Positions 15,501-26,826 of a DNA stretch of 64,000 nt are shown piece after piece; the stretch's first letter is position 1, and every line of letters starts with the position of its first letter. This stretch comes from Lytechinus pictus (Eukaryota), in contig NC_087251.1 of the NCBI RefSeq assembly GCF_037042905.1, positions 1,986,001 through 2,050,000 of the forward strand. The letters are read 5' to 3'. A program made the position numbers and the translations under genes. The notes beneath the pieces were generated by a model that was given only the letters and a program-made list of their open reading frames with translations, searched no databases and was not told where the DNA came from.

Positions 15501-17478
15501 GAAGATTTTTTGAAAGTGTGTTTCCTCCTTTTAACAATTATTAACACAGATAATTGTAATGTTTTTTGCCCTCCCTGTGGCAGTAGTCTAACACTCAATC
15601 GTTTGTTTAAACTTTAAGTTTAATTAAGCCTGCACAATTTTAGTTTGCAAACAGTGAAGTGCATATCTACTTTGCTTTCTGTGGGCAAATTTAGATTTTC
15701 GAGTGAAAGTGGACTTCCAAATACAGGGTGGATGCATCATACTCTCAATAGCTCTGTTACTTAGCCTTAGGTCTAACTTTAGTCATACAATCTACAAATT
15801 AACTAGATCTAGAACTGTAACTTGTAGATCTAGACCTAACTGTTACTGTTACTAGATAGATCTAGATCTAGGCCTAGGCTAGACGTTTTAATAAAATAAT
15901 AGATCCATCATGTCTATAATTTTCAAACCATATTAAAAAAAGTAAAACTAAAACTAAAAAAAAAAGTAGATCTAGATGTAGATGTGTCTGGAGAAAAAAA
16001 TATATTTTTCTTATTTCAAGAAAATATCACATTTTCTTTGTGAATTTGAAGAGAAATGACCTTCAGACTGACAGAAATGTAACATTTTTGAAAAAAATCT
16101 AATTATTGGCTGCAAAAAAGAAGAATGAAATTAGGTCAATTTTCAGCATTTCTCTGCCATAGACTGTGTAGTTAAGAAATGGACACACACAAATCCAAAT
16201 TTTTAGCTTCCGAGAGCTGTTATAAATTTATTATTAATGCCAAAAACTTGTCCACAAAGAGTCCAATAGGATTTGTTATGCTCTTTCTGATGGTATGATT
16301 TTTATAAAGATTCGGAAACCAGATCACAATGAAAAATTGCGACAAAGTGAAAAAATTGTGCAAAACAGAAATTTCATTTTCCCATAGAAAACGCATGGGG
16401 AAATGGCAATCTCAACACACACAAAAATTAGGGTTTGCAATTTATCTCTAAATCCTTATTTAAAATGATCATATAAACTTGTCCTTACTGTCAAAAGAAG
16501 CCCCTGAATTTTCTCTTTCCATACATGCCAAACACAAGTTAATAATCAATTCAGATCACATTTTTCTAGTAGCCTGAACTTCCCCGAAAAAATGTGCCAT
16601 ATTTTCCCCATCAGCCTGTGTTATGCTGACACTTTTCAGTGTGGCTTCAGACACCGTAGTAGCTGATTATGATAGATCTAACTAGTATAAGTTACCCGGT
16701 AGATCTAGAATTAGAAAGTAGAAAGTAGATTTTCTAGAAAAGAAAGTATACCCAGTTGTTGTGTGTCCGGACAGGTTGTGTGTCCGGACGATCAATTTTA
16801 GAAAGTCATTTGGAAAAATTTACAAGCGAATTTTCATCAATGTTTAGTACAAAATGTTAGGAAATATCATAGGGAGCAAAATAGAAGATGGTTAAAACTA
16901 ATGAATTCATATTTTTAGTTTAGGCCTAGGCCCTAATCCAAAGACAAAAAAGAAGGCTTCAAAAATATAAAGTGTCCGGACACCCTACCCCCATCCTATA
17001 CTAGTACGGTATTAAATAAAAACTAACCCGAGATACGGCCTGTAGTTGGACAAGCACTAGATGATCTAGGCCTATGCCTACTGCTGCTGCCTCGACCTCG
17101 TCCTGGTCCAGTACTGGCTGCACTAGTACTAGCACCTCGTCCAGATAGGCCAAATAACTGGCGAAACTCCCGAAGACTAGTGTTAGTACTGTTACTAGTG
17201 TTGCTGGTAACACCAGCACGGTCGCAGACTTGACGCTGGCGTTGGCCCGGAGGCGGCAGGGCTGGCCCTGACGACGCAAATGATGATGCAGTCCCTGGGC
17301 CTGGCCTGGTGCCTGACTCCGCGGCCACAGAGCTGGCAGAGGCCACGGCCGTGGACCTTGGTGTTGTTGGTCTTGAGGTTGACGGTTGTCTCTGCCAACT
17401 GGATAGAGCTTCCGTCAGAGTTCTGACACTCTGGTGTATTACATCAAGGAGATCACTATTTGGATGAGGATGCGCCAT
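506..17478 (-). CDS. G2E3-like HECT-domain E3 ubiquitin ligase (multi-exon, 3' part lies beyond the left edge of the window)
   Basis: Exons 17478-17028, 9886-9700, 9118-8968, 8352-8156, 5236-5138, 3515-3241 and 726-506 all have GT/AG boundaries and phase-consistent joins, giving 1581 nt = 527 codons with no stop. The HECT N-lobe signature ITLRRSHILQDVIRAY...VYFIGESGVDEGGLTRELASLL is followed by ALGKILGAIVLH...SFLNP. The N-terminal segment FLKDVILL...FEYVK...WNGAAIRHLAGQGDLYVRA is typical of invertebrate G2E3-like proteins. The start codon choice (MAHPHPNS) is inferred. Confidence 0.88.
3609..4349. mobile_element. piggyBac-like MITE
   Basis: 16-bp TIR CCCTATTTCCACTGGG / CCCAGTGGAAATAGGG flanked by TTAA on both sides; no ORF. 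Confidence 0.85.
5983..6940. mobile_element. Helentron/DINE-like non-autonomous element with internal tandem repeats
   Basis: Subterminal inverted repeat gtctcacctgcat...atgcaggtgagac, a terminal hairpin gtctcac-N12-gtgagac, internal ~120-bp tandem units (gaccctaaatgacctttgaccttg...) and A/T-run ends. Confidence 0.7.
7110..7712. mobile_element. Kolobok-like TTAA-flanked MITE with long imperfect TIRs
   Basis: TTAA|agagcaagtccatcccagcaaaaagttga ... tcaactttttgctggggtggacttgtcct|TTAA, with inverted arms longer than 100 bp. Confidence 0.75.
8196..8300 (-). repeat. Coding 24-bp tandem repeat (APSSTRVS x ~4) in HECT gene exon 4
   Basis: Unit gcagaaacccgagtagatgaaggg is repeated in frame within exon 8352-8156. 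Confidence 0.9.
8520..8662. mobile_element. Truncated copy of the 5983-6940 family (right end)
   Basis: Near-identical to ~6795-6940, including the gccgccgcc tract and terminal hairpin. Confidence 0.75.
11187..11500. mobile_element. Degenerate copy of the 5983-6940 family (left part)
   Basis: Starts aaacaagtggaacacctctggcagtctcgcct, followed by diverged internal units. Confidence 0.65.
12411..12886. mobile_element. Shorter copy of the 5983-6940 family with both ends
   Basis: aaacaagtggaaccctctggcagtctcgcctgcat ... tgctatgcaggcgagaccaaaaa. Confidence 0.7.
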
Positions 17479-17589
17479 TCTGATATACTCGACTGCGCTC
17501 GCATATATCGCATGCACACGATGTAGTCGATCGTTATCGAGTCGTACCGGTCGTACCCGCTCGATCGTACCGTACGTACAGGCGCGCCA

Positions 17590-18299
17590 TATCGAATGAA
17601 TTTTAATTGGTCGAATGATTTTTTTGTGGAATGAAATTTTGTCGAATATATTTTTGGCATCGCATGTATGGTACGCCAAATGTTTTGGTCAAATGAAATT
17701 GTGTCGAATGAAATTGTGTCAAATGAGTAGAAACTTATGTCAAATGAAAGTTTGTAGAATGATTTTTTTGTCAAATGAAATTGTGTCAAATATAATTTTG
17801 TCAAATAAAATTGTGTCGAATATAATTTTGTCAAATATTTTTTTTGTCAAATCTGTTTTTTATCAAATATATATTTTGTCGAATATATGTTTTGTTGAAT
17901 ATATTTTTGTCAAATATATTTTTGTCGAATATATTTTTGTCAAATATATTTTTTATCAAATATAATTTTGTTGCATATATTTTTTATCAAATATATTTTT
18001 GTCAAATATATGTTTTGTCGAATATATATTTTTTGTCGAATATATTTTGGTCAAATATATTTTGTCAAATATATTTTGTCAAATATATTTTTGTCAAATA
18101 TATTTTTATCAAATATATTTTTGTCAAATATATGTTTTGTTGAATACATGTTTTGTCGAATATATTTTTGTCAAATATATTTTTTATTGAATATATTTGT
18201 TTTCAAATATATTGTTTGACAAATATATTTTTTGTCAAATAGAATTTTGCCGCGTCAAATAGTTTTTTAGTTGGTGTCGAATATAAATATTTGATTCCC
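17590..18299. repeat. Unidirectional degenerate tandem array (ttttgtcRaatatat, ~17-20-bp unit) directly upstream of the HECT gene
   Basis: Dozens of TGTCAAAT/TGTCGAAT cores in one orientation, ending ...tcgaatataaatatttgattccc. It explains the low-complexity ORFs at 17439-18219. Confidence 0.9.
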
Positions 18300-18339
18300 T
18301 TCTAGCGTGCCTTTCAATGGACAACAACACAGATCCTCT

Positions 18340-18645
18340 TGGCCTACCTAATCAGTTCGTCCAAGTTCACATAGTCTAAACCCATTTCGTCTACAACCAG
18401 TTCGTCTAACATGCAATTCGTCTAATTATCACTTGGTCTAATATCCAATTCGTCTAATTCCCACTTGGCCTAATTTCCACTTCGGCTAATTTCCACTTAG
18501 TCTAATTTTCATTCCGTCTTATTGTCATATGGTCTAATGACCGTTTGGTCTAATATCAAATTGGTCTAATTACCACTTGGTTTTATAGCCAGACGGTCTA
18601 ATGACCACTTGGTCTTATAGCCAAACGGTCTATTGACCGATTTGG
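18340..18645. repeat. Left arm of foldback-type element: ~19-20-bp modules with GTCTAA core
   Basis: Repeated (t/c)(t/c)(g/c)gtctaat modules; the reverse-complement array lies at 23225-23675. Confidence 0.8.
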
Positions 18646-18649
18646 CTCA

Positions 18650-18953
18650 GATTTTTTTCCGGGGGGGGGGGCATGACGCGCGTAAACTTTCTCAAAAAAA
18701 TCTTGAAAGCGAGACAGCCACGTGACCAAGCCCAAATGACAAGCTTGGTCGCTTCGCTGTCTCGCTTTCAAGATTTTTTGTCAAGAGACCGGGGGGGGGG
18801 GAGCAGCTAGGACGCGCGTAAACTTTCTCCAAAAAAATCTTGAAAGCGAGACAGCGACGCGACCAAGCTCAAATGACGAGCTTGGTCGCTTCGCTTTGTC
18901 AAGATTTTTTTGAGAAAGTTTACGCGCGTCCTAGCTGCTTCCCCCCCCCCCCG
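18650..18953. repeat. Two adjacent G-string-bounded hairpin elements
   Basis: 18791-18952 is a near-perfect hairpin (Gn-agcagctaggacgcgcgtaaactttctc...gagaaagtttacgcgcgtcctagctgct-Cn); 18660-18780 is a partial copy. Related sequence occurs at ~19075-19210 and ~43480-43700. Confidence 0.8.
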
Positions 18954-19474
18954 TAAAAATTATGTGTAAGGCCATGATGATAATGTGATAAAAATAATGA
19001 AAATGAAAGTATACATAAATCAATGTGCCAGGCTCTTTAGATCATGGCCGTATACAGAATTTATTTCGGAGGAGGGGGGGGGGGTGGGAGCAGACGCGTA
19101 AACGTTCTCAAGTTGAAAGCGACACAGCGAAGCGACCAAGCTTGTCATTTGGGCACTTTTTGGAGTTTTAAAAGTGAAATACGAAGGCTTTCGTGCACAC
19201 TTTTGGTGAATTATGTGATAATTTTCATTAGAAAAATAAGTTTTTAAAAATTTAGGGGTCATCATGCCCCCGTATTTTTTTTTGTCGTTGCGAGCATTTT
19301 GGGGCCAGGGTGAAATCGCCCCAAACGCCTCAAACAGACACTCCAAAATGTATTTGAAGTGCATTATTAGAACTGAAACTTATCTCTACACCAGGAAAAA
19401 TTAACTTAACAAAAAAAGCAACAAGAAATATTTATAAAAAGTAGAAGGGCCTGAATTTCACTCATCTCAGCTCA

Positions 19475-20326
19475 TATGCACTTGATCCACTTCCATCGAG
19501 GATTCGGGCTAAATTCCGCCCGCCACTTCCGGGGACCAACCAACGTAGTATTTCGATGAAGAGCACTCCGTCGATTCACCGGTTGTCCCTACGATGGAAA
19601 AGGTGAAATACACGCGCGCCTATGGGGATTGTGAACTGTATGAAGAATATTACAATCAGACCATATCCCTAGAAAATTGCTTCAAGAAATGTCATTATGA
19701 AGAGGAAATGGACAAAAATTTGTGAAGAAAAATCACGAAAAAGGAAATCGCATCATGAATATTCATATGGGCGGTCCCACATTTGCATGTTATAGCGAGT
19801 TTTCCATTATTTATAAATAATGGTTATTTGTATATAAATAATGATTATTTGTATATAATGGCAAACTGTAAAAATAGTTTATAAATAATGATTATTTATA
19901 AATAATGGGATATTGAAACAAAATTGTTATTTATAAATAATGAAACACGATGAATTTTCATTATTTATAAATAGTGAGGTAGATAATTTATTATTTAACA
20001 AATAATCTTTATTTATAAATAATGGAAATTCGAACATTAAATAATCATTATTTATAAATAATAAAAAACAAGTAATCATTATTTATAAATAATGAAAAAC
20101 AAATAATCATTATTTATAAATAATGGAATGTCGAACTATTGTTATTTACAAATAACGAAGTATTACTTGGAATTATATATAAATAATTAGAAATGTTATT
20201 TTATATAATAGTAGTTATTTACAAATAAAATGTAAATTATATATAAATAATAGTTATTATTTAATAAATAATGATTATATAACAAATAATTGTTCTATGT
20301 AATATTGGTACATTCGGCGCCTCATA
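19475..20326. mobile_element. Putative non-autonomous DNA element with TATG...CATA ends and an internal array of the palindrome ATTATTTATAAATAAT
   Basis: Flanked by CTCA on both sides (19471-19474, 20327-20330). The 16-bp perfect palindrome and variants recur from ~19805 to 20290. Confidence 0.5.
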
Positions 20327-21088
20327 CTCATCGAGTGAATTATTCTAATCAAATATAATTCTTACAATTAGGCCTATATCGATTATAATTTATCTATGAT
20401 GATGAAAATCATACTCACAATAATTACATCACCGCATGCACATTAAGAGTTTCTAAGTATTGGGTGAACAATAAGTTGGGGACCTTGTAGCTTATAATGG
20501 ACGAATGGCGGGGTTTTCCTCTGAATAACATTATTATGGAGAAAGAAGATATAATGTAATTGATGTGTGGATACGTATCTGGTAAACATGTTTATGCCTC
20601 TTTTATAATCATTTTTATGCATCATTACGGACGATACTTGAACTTGACGGAAAATAAGTAAAATAGTTATGCAGTTTGGGGGATTCCAAAAGCTACAAAG
20701 CCATTAGATCATGTAATTTTGTTTTGAATATTTTGTTAGTAGTCATTCATCTTATCCTCTCATTCTGTTTTGTTCTACTTCTTCGCCTCCTGCTCCTTTA
20801 AGGATAGGGGGGCAACGGGCGCGCGATCCCTAAATGTTGTCCCCAACAAAATATTTGAAAGAAATAAAAAAAAATTATGTGATAGCAAGATAAGTTTTGT
20901 TTCGATGTCGTATGTTTCTTTTCACCCTTTTCTATCTTTTCACTCCCTTTACCTCTATTTTTTCCGTTTTTTCTCCTCCTTTTACCTCTTTTCCTTCTCT
21001 TCCCCCTTCCTTTTTAATATTTCCCCTCTTCTTTCTCTTCCCCTTCTTTTCCTCTCTCCTGTCTTTTTCGTTTTCTCCCCCGTTCTCC

Positions 21089-22422
21089 TTTTTAGCTCAT
21101 CTGGCCCGATGCCGTGGCGTGGCGTCCGTCGTCTGTCGTCCGTCCACAATTTCAAAATGCTTCTTCTTCGCCATTTCAAGTCCGATTTCAATTCTGTTTG
21201 CTTTATATGATAGCACTAGGTGGGGGATTCAAATCTTCTACACAGAATTTTGAAATTCATTAAATATGCTAATTTATGCGCATTTTTCAAAATTCACAAA
21301 AAATGCTTCTCCTTCTTTTTTTGTTGACCAATTTTGATTTTTTGCCTCCATCTGGTAGAGTTTCATGAGGTTCACCAAATTTCTACACAGAATTTTGAAA
21401 TTTTGACTAGAACAATTTTTATGCTAATTTATGCGAAATTAATTTATGCATATTTTTAAAAATTCACATAAAATGCTTCTTCGTCTTTATTTGTTGACCG
21501 ATTTTGATTTTTTTTTCCATCTGGTAGAGCTTTATGAGGTTCACCAAACTTCTACACAGAATTTTGAAATTTGGAGTAGAAAATTATTTATGCTAATTTA
21601 TGCAAAATTCATAAGTCACAGAAAATGCCTCTTCTTTATTTGTTGACTGAATTTCAAAATGCTTCTTCTTCGTCATTTCAAGTCTGGTTTCAATTCTGTT
21701 TGCTTTATATGATAGCATTAGGTGGGGGATTCAAAACTTTTATACACAGAATTTAGAAACTCATTAAATATGCTAATTTATGCGAAATTTATTCATAAAT
21801 CACAGAAAATGCCTCTTCTTCTTTATTTGTTGACCGATTTTGATTTTTTTTCTTCCATCTAGTAGAGCTGCATGAGTTTCACCAAACTGGTACACAAAAT
21901 TTTGAAATTTTGTCTATAGAATTATTTATGCTAATTTATGCAAAATTTATTAATACATCACAAAAAAATGTTTTTCTTCTTCTTCATTTGTTGATCAATT
22001 TAAATTTTGTTTGCTTTACATGATAGCTCAAGGTGGTGATACAAAATTTCAACACAGAATTTTGAAACTCATTGAATATGCTAATTTATTCATATATTTT
22101 CTAAACTCACAAAAAATACTTATTTATTTGTTGATTGTCTTTGATTATTTTTGTTCTATCTGAGAGCTACGTGAGGTTCACCAAGGTTCTACACAGAGTT
22201 AAGAAATTTTGACTAGAAAATTAGTTATGCTTAATTTATACGAAATATATTCATAGATCACAAAAAATGCTTCTATGTCATTTCTTCATCAATTTCAATT
22301 CTATATCCTCAATTTATGTCACCAGTATAATTCACTACAGTGTCAACTGGGCTGAAATTAAAATTTTTGTTAAATTTCGTTGCGAGATGCCAGATGAGCT
22401 CCACATTATTGATGTGCTAGTT
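21089..22422. mobile_element. Helentron-like non-autonomous element with internal tandem repeats, inserted in a CT-rich tract
   Basis: tttttagctcatctggc ... gccagatgagct...gtgctagtt subterminal inverted repeats, a (cgtc)-type microsatellite near the left end and repeated tatgctaatttatg units. The polypyrimidine tract continues on both sides (20915-21090, 22425-22770). Confidence 0.7.
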
Positions 22423-23224
22423 TGGTTCTCTCCTTCATTTTTCTCTCTCTCCATTTTCCTTTTTTCTTTCTCTCTTTTTCCTTCCTTTTCTATCCCCTCT
22501 CCTTTCTCTTCCTTCATCTTTTCTCTTCCATTCTCGCCCCTCTTCATTCACTTATTTCTTTGTCTCTCTCTTCCTTTCCCTCTTTTCCTTCCCTTTATCT
22601 CTCCCCTTCCTTTCTTTCCCCTCTCCCTTTTCCTTCCCCTTTTCTCTCACTCCCTCTCTTTCCCTTCCTTTTCTCTCCCCTTTCTTCTTTTCTCTTCCCT
22701 TTCTCCCCTTCTGCTTTCTTTTTTGTTCTTCCCCTTCTTTCTCTCTCCCCCACTCTCTCTCTCTTTTAGGGGGGAGGGGCAAGACCCTCCATCCCCTGGC
22801 TCCGCGCCTGATGGACCTAGTGTCACCTATGTATGTGAACGAGGAGAGAGAACGACCTTGAAAGCTTCTTATTGTTGTTGTTCTTGTTCTTGTTCTTCGT
22901 CTTTTTCTTATTCTTGTTTATTCTGCATGCTCCTTCTTCTTCTTCATCATCATCAATTTTTTTTTAATGTAAGACTTCTTCATTCAACCTTTATAATTCT
23001 CATTTCCTCTTAATTTATTTTTCTCTTGTTCTTATTTTTTATTCCTTCCCATTCCCCTCTCATTTTTCAATTACAGTTAAGAAAATGGATAGGCCTAGAG
23101 CGGACAACATGCAATGCAATATTAAATTTCTACAGTGTTCAGGCTCAAAAATTGAAAAAGAAAAACACAAATAACATGAATAAACTGTATGTATGATGGC
23201 CTAATGGGAAAAGCCCAACAAACC

Positions 23225-23675
23225 ATTATCCCAAATGGAAATTTGACCAAGTGGCATGTAGTCGAAATTAATGTTAGACTATCTGGAACTTAGACGAAGT
23301 GGAAATTGGCCAAAGTGAGGACTAGACGAACTGGTATTAGACCAACTCGTATTAGACTAACCGACAATTAGACAAACTATTATTAGACCAAATGCAATAA
23401 GACCAAGCGACAATAAAATATATTAGACGAAATGGCAATTAGACCAAATGAAAATTAGACCAAGTGACAATTAGCCCAACTGGGCATTAGACCAAGTGGC
23501 AATTAGACCAAGTGGTCATTAGACCAATTGGTTATTAGACCAAGTTGTCATTAGACTAATTGGCTATTAGACAAAGTGGTCAATAGACCAAATGAGAATT
23601 GGATTAAGTGGGTTTAGCCCGAATGTTATCAGCCTATCTAAAGATTAGACCAAGTGATATTAGACCAACTGTCAG
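23225..23675. repeat. Right arm of foldback-type element: modules with TTAGAC core
   Basis: Repeated attagaccaa/attagacgaa modules, inverted relative to 18340-18645. Confidence 0.8.
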
Positions 23676-26600
23676 TAAGTATGTTTCGTACATCGCATTT
23701 TTTTTCTAAGCGGTTTATGTCAGTTTTTCTATCTGCCTAATTTTTCGAATCACTTTTTATTAATCTTTCATATGCTTTGCCTTTATTTCAATATTATTTT
23801 TTGTGTTTTGTACTTATCATTCCAATCTTGTACATACATAATTATGTTGATTAATTTCAATAAGAAATAATAATTCCTCGATAAATTTGTACCACGATTA
23901 CCAGTTTCAGATAACAATATACATGTATATACTGCCCGCATACATTATACATTCTGCAGGTTTCTTTTAATGTGAAATACAACAAGAGCAACCTAGTCAC
24001 ACATCGACTTTTCAGTTTTCAGTGAACATGTTGCTGATATCAAAATAATACCTTTGAGTTTGATGAATATTGACTTCTTTGATAGGCATATCAAAACATG
24101 GTTATAAGCAACTGAAATATTAGAGCCATTGAAAATATCAACAACAAAAACAGAACAAACAAATACATGTAAATTGAATGTGCCCTACATGTTTACCTTG
24201 AAAGAGCTCGAAGGAAGGGGGTGGGTAATGTTTGTTGGAGTCAATGTGTTGTTGCAAGTATTTGTCAGACGTATGTGTCCTGTTTTTGTTTACATCTACC
24301 TGTGCTCTAGTTTCTAAATGTGACCCACATTTATCAAACGAGTCCAACTGACAGTAATTAGGTAGGAGCGTATGGGGGTGCCCTTCCCCCATAAAACGCC
24401 CGGAAAGGAATTTCTAAAAAGTAGGAGAAAATAGGGATAAGGAATAGCTAATGAACAAAAATGAACAAAAAGCTTTTTGTTCCCCCCCCCCCCCCGATAC
24501 ATTAAAAAAAAAAAAAAACGAGAAGTCTTCTCTCTTTCAGATTTGTTATAAATTTTGCTTCCGCTCTTCTCCCTGGAAATGACAATATTGCCTCTCTTAA
24601 ACTGTCAAGTACCAAAAATTGATTTTTCCGTAAATTTTGTCTCACTAAATTTCCTTGCTTTTTGGGTTCAGAGCCCACTCCCGTAAATCATTAATTTCAG
24701 AAAGGGGTAACATATTGTCTCCTCCATCTTCTCCTCGCGGCTCATGAACGCACCCTAATAATACCACACCTTAATGAACTGGCCATGAGGAACCTTCACC
24801 TGTGTACAAAATCAGTTTAACACATCAACTGAAATACAGAATGACAGGGGCCCAGCCTAATTCGCCTTGACATTCGTTGTGTCAAATATAGTGCATCATT
24901 TAGATACCATGAGTAGTGTTTGGTTGAGTGATGACAACCCTATCTTGATATTGGGTCTATCTCCACAGTCTCTGAAATACTTCACATACCTTTGCGTGCC
25001 TAACTAGGTCGTTGTCTGACTCCTAATTTTGGCACGTACCTGCCCCTAGAGGGTAGCTGATCTTTTTTTTGGCAACCTTTACTTTCTTCTCTTCTGATCC
25101 CACTAACATCAATTATCATGTATCAAACTCCTCTTATTAATAGTTCCCATGCTCTGAATCATTAATAATTCAGACAACAAATTTACTAATGATTTCGAAA
25201 GTACCCTGACCTGGAAATGGTCTTCCGAATTCATATTGTATGTGACTTCATTCCAAAATATATTCCTCAAATTTTATCAGCTGCGTGACACATTAATTAG
25301 ACACCAGAAAAAATGGCTTTCTTCATTTCCGTAAGTCTGTGAATAAAAACCAGTAAGCACAGCGCCACAACCTTCTTGTTTGACAAAGGAAGTGATTATA
25401 CGATCTATTAGGCATTTCACCTTAGAAAATCACAATTATGAGTTTGGGGGTTAAAATAGGCCAACGAAATGGGGTCAAATCCGAAGGACGCAAGAAGTCT
25501 GTCCTGGTACTTTTCAATCTATCTGTCTTCACCTTTACAAAGGAGTGATTTCTCAACAAGCACTTGGTTCGAATAGTGTAGTGTGCTGAATCGAACCTTT
25601 TTTACACTCTGACCGCATCACAATCAATTTAGTGCCATACCTCAATTATTCAGACTTTAGGTGGTAAAATAGTGTGTATTCATGGGTTAACAAAACACGA
25701 CCCTGCCCCAAGCAGAAAGAGCAAACTCGGTAAAGACTGTAAGCTACAATGCCCGGAGAGAGAAGGGGGGGGGCGAACTCTTTAACCTCACATTTTTGGT
25801 TTCACGGCTCTAGACTTTCCTCTTTCGTTCAATTTATGCGCGATGGAGAACGGTAGGAACACCAATTTAGTTCATCTCTTCCTATTGGAGAAGCAGTGAG
25901 AACGGAAAGGCCTGAGGCAATCAAATTGATGAATAAAGAGCAACTTGAGGCGCTCTCACGGCCTCTTACATTAATCGGTAAATAGAGGGGGAAAGTCTAG
26001 ACAAATGTAAACTCTGGCAGATTCGCCGTCAGTGAGCGATGTGATGGGAACTGAATGTTCTTTGCTTCTGTAACTCGATGAAAACCTGAGAAACGTTGGA
26101 AGACGACAGCTTGGTTACCTGCCTCACATATCAATCCATGTTATTCCTCTCACCTAACGAAACAAACCGAGAAGGTAAAAATCCGGAAAGAGAGGGAAAG
26201 GAAGAAGGAGAGGATTCCTGATCGTGGGCGACCTCGTTTCGGTTTCACCTTAAAGTCGATGCTCCATCAAATGTTCAGCCAGAGTTGACATAAATTAGAG
26301 AGAGTGTGCTCTCGTCTGGTTTGGGACGCTTACGCACAGTACATAGAACAATAACTCATTGCAAATTCATGTTAGTGCTTCGTTCTTCCGCAAGGATATA
26401 TACCCTCAGCTCGTTATCTCATCCTGGTTTAGCTTGCTTGACAGCATAACGAGCAATTACGACCCGACAAATCCGACATTCTTGCCGATGTCTTTCAGAA
26501 TCATCGTCATCATCCATCTCATTTGGGATTCATAGCTAAGCTGAAGAAGTCGACATCGTATGGAACATACATCAGTTGGACAAAGCAGTTCATTGTGTAT

Positions 26601-26826
26601 TCAGACGTGTTTAGTCACCGACATCCGTCGTTGATTTGGTTATGATTCAAACTTGAATGTGTGTATCATTAAACGTTGCGAGAAGACGAGAGTGAATGAC
26701 CAATTTACTCTGATTTAAGAGATTTCCAAAGTCATCGCAATTGCAATTACCCGATTACCCGATTCCTGGTTCATTATTTTGTTCTTATTTTCATCGTTGT
26801 AAACTCTAAGCAGACATTATTTCAAG

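Noticed and set aside
17439..18219. Overlapping F/I/Y/K-rich ORFs and the 5' extension of ORF 17023-17679
   Set aside because: They are translations of the AT-rich tandem array. The plausible start is the ATG at 17478.
20770..23013. Hydrophobic F/L/S/P-rich ORFs (146-248 aa) resembling membrane proteins
   Set aside because: They are artefacts of the polypyrimidine tract, which lacks stop codons.
25700..26826. Candidate promoter or 5'UTR exons of FABP-A
   Set aside because: The sequence is unique and relatively CpG-rich, but no TSS or exon boundaries can be fixed from sequence alone.
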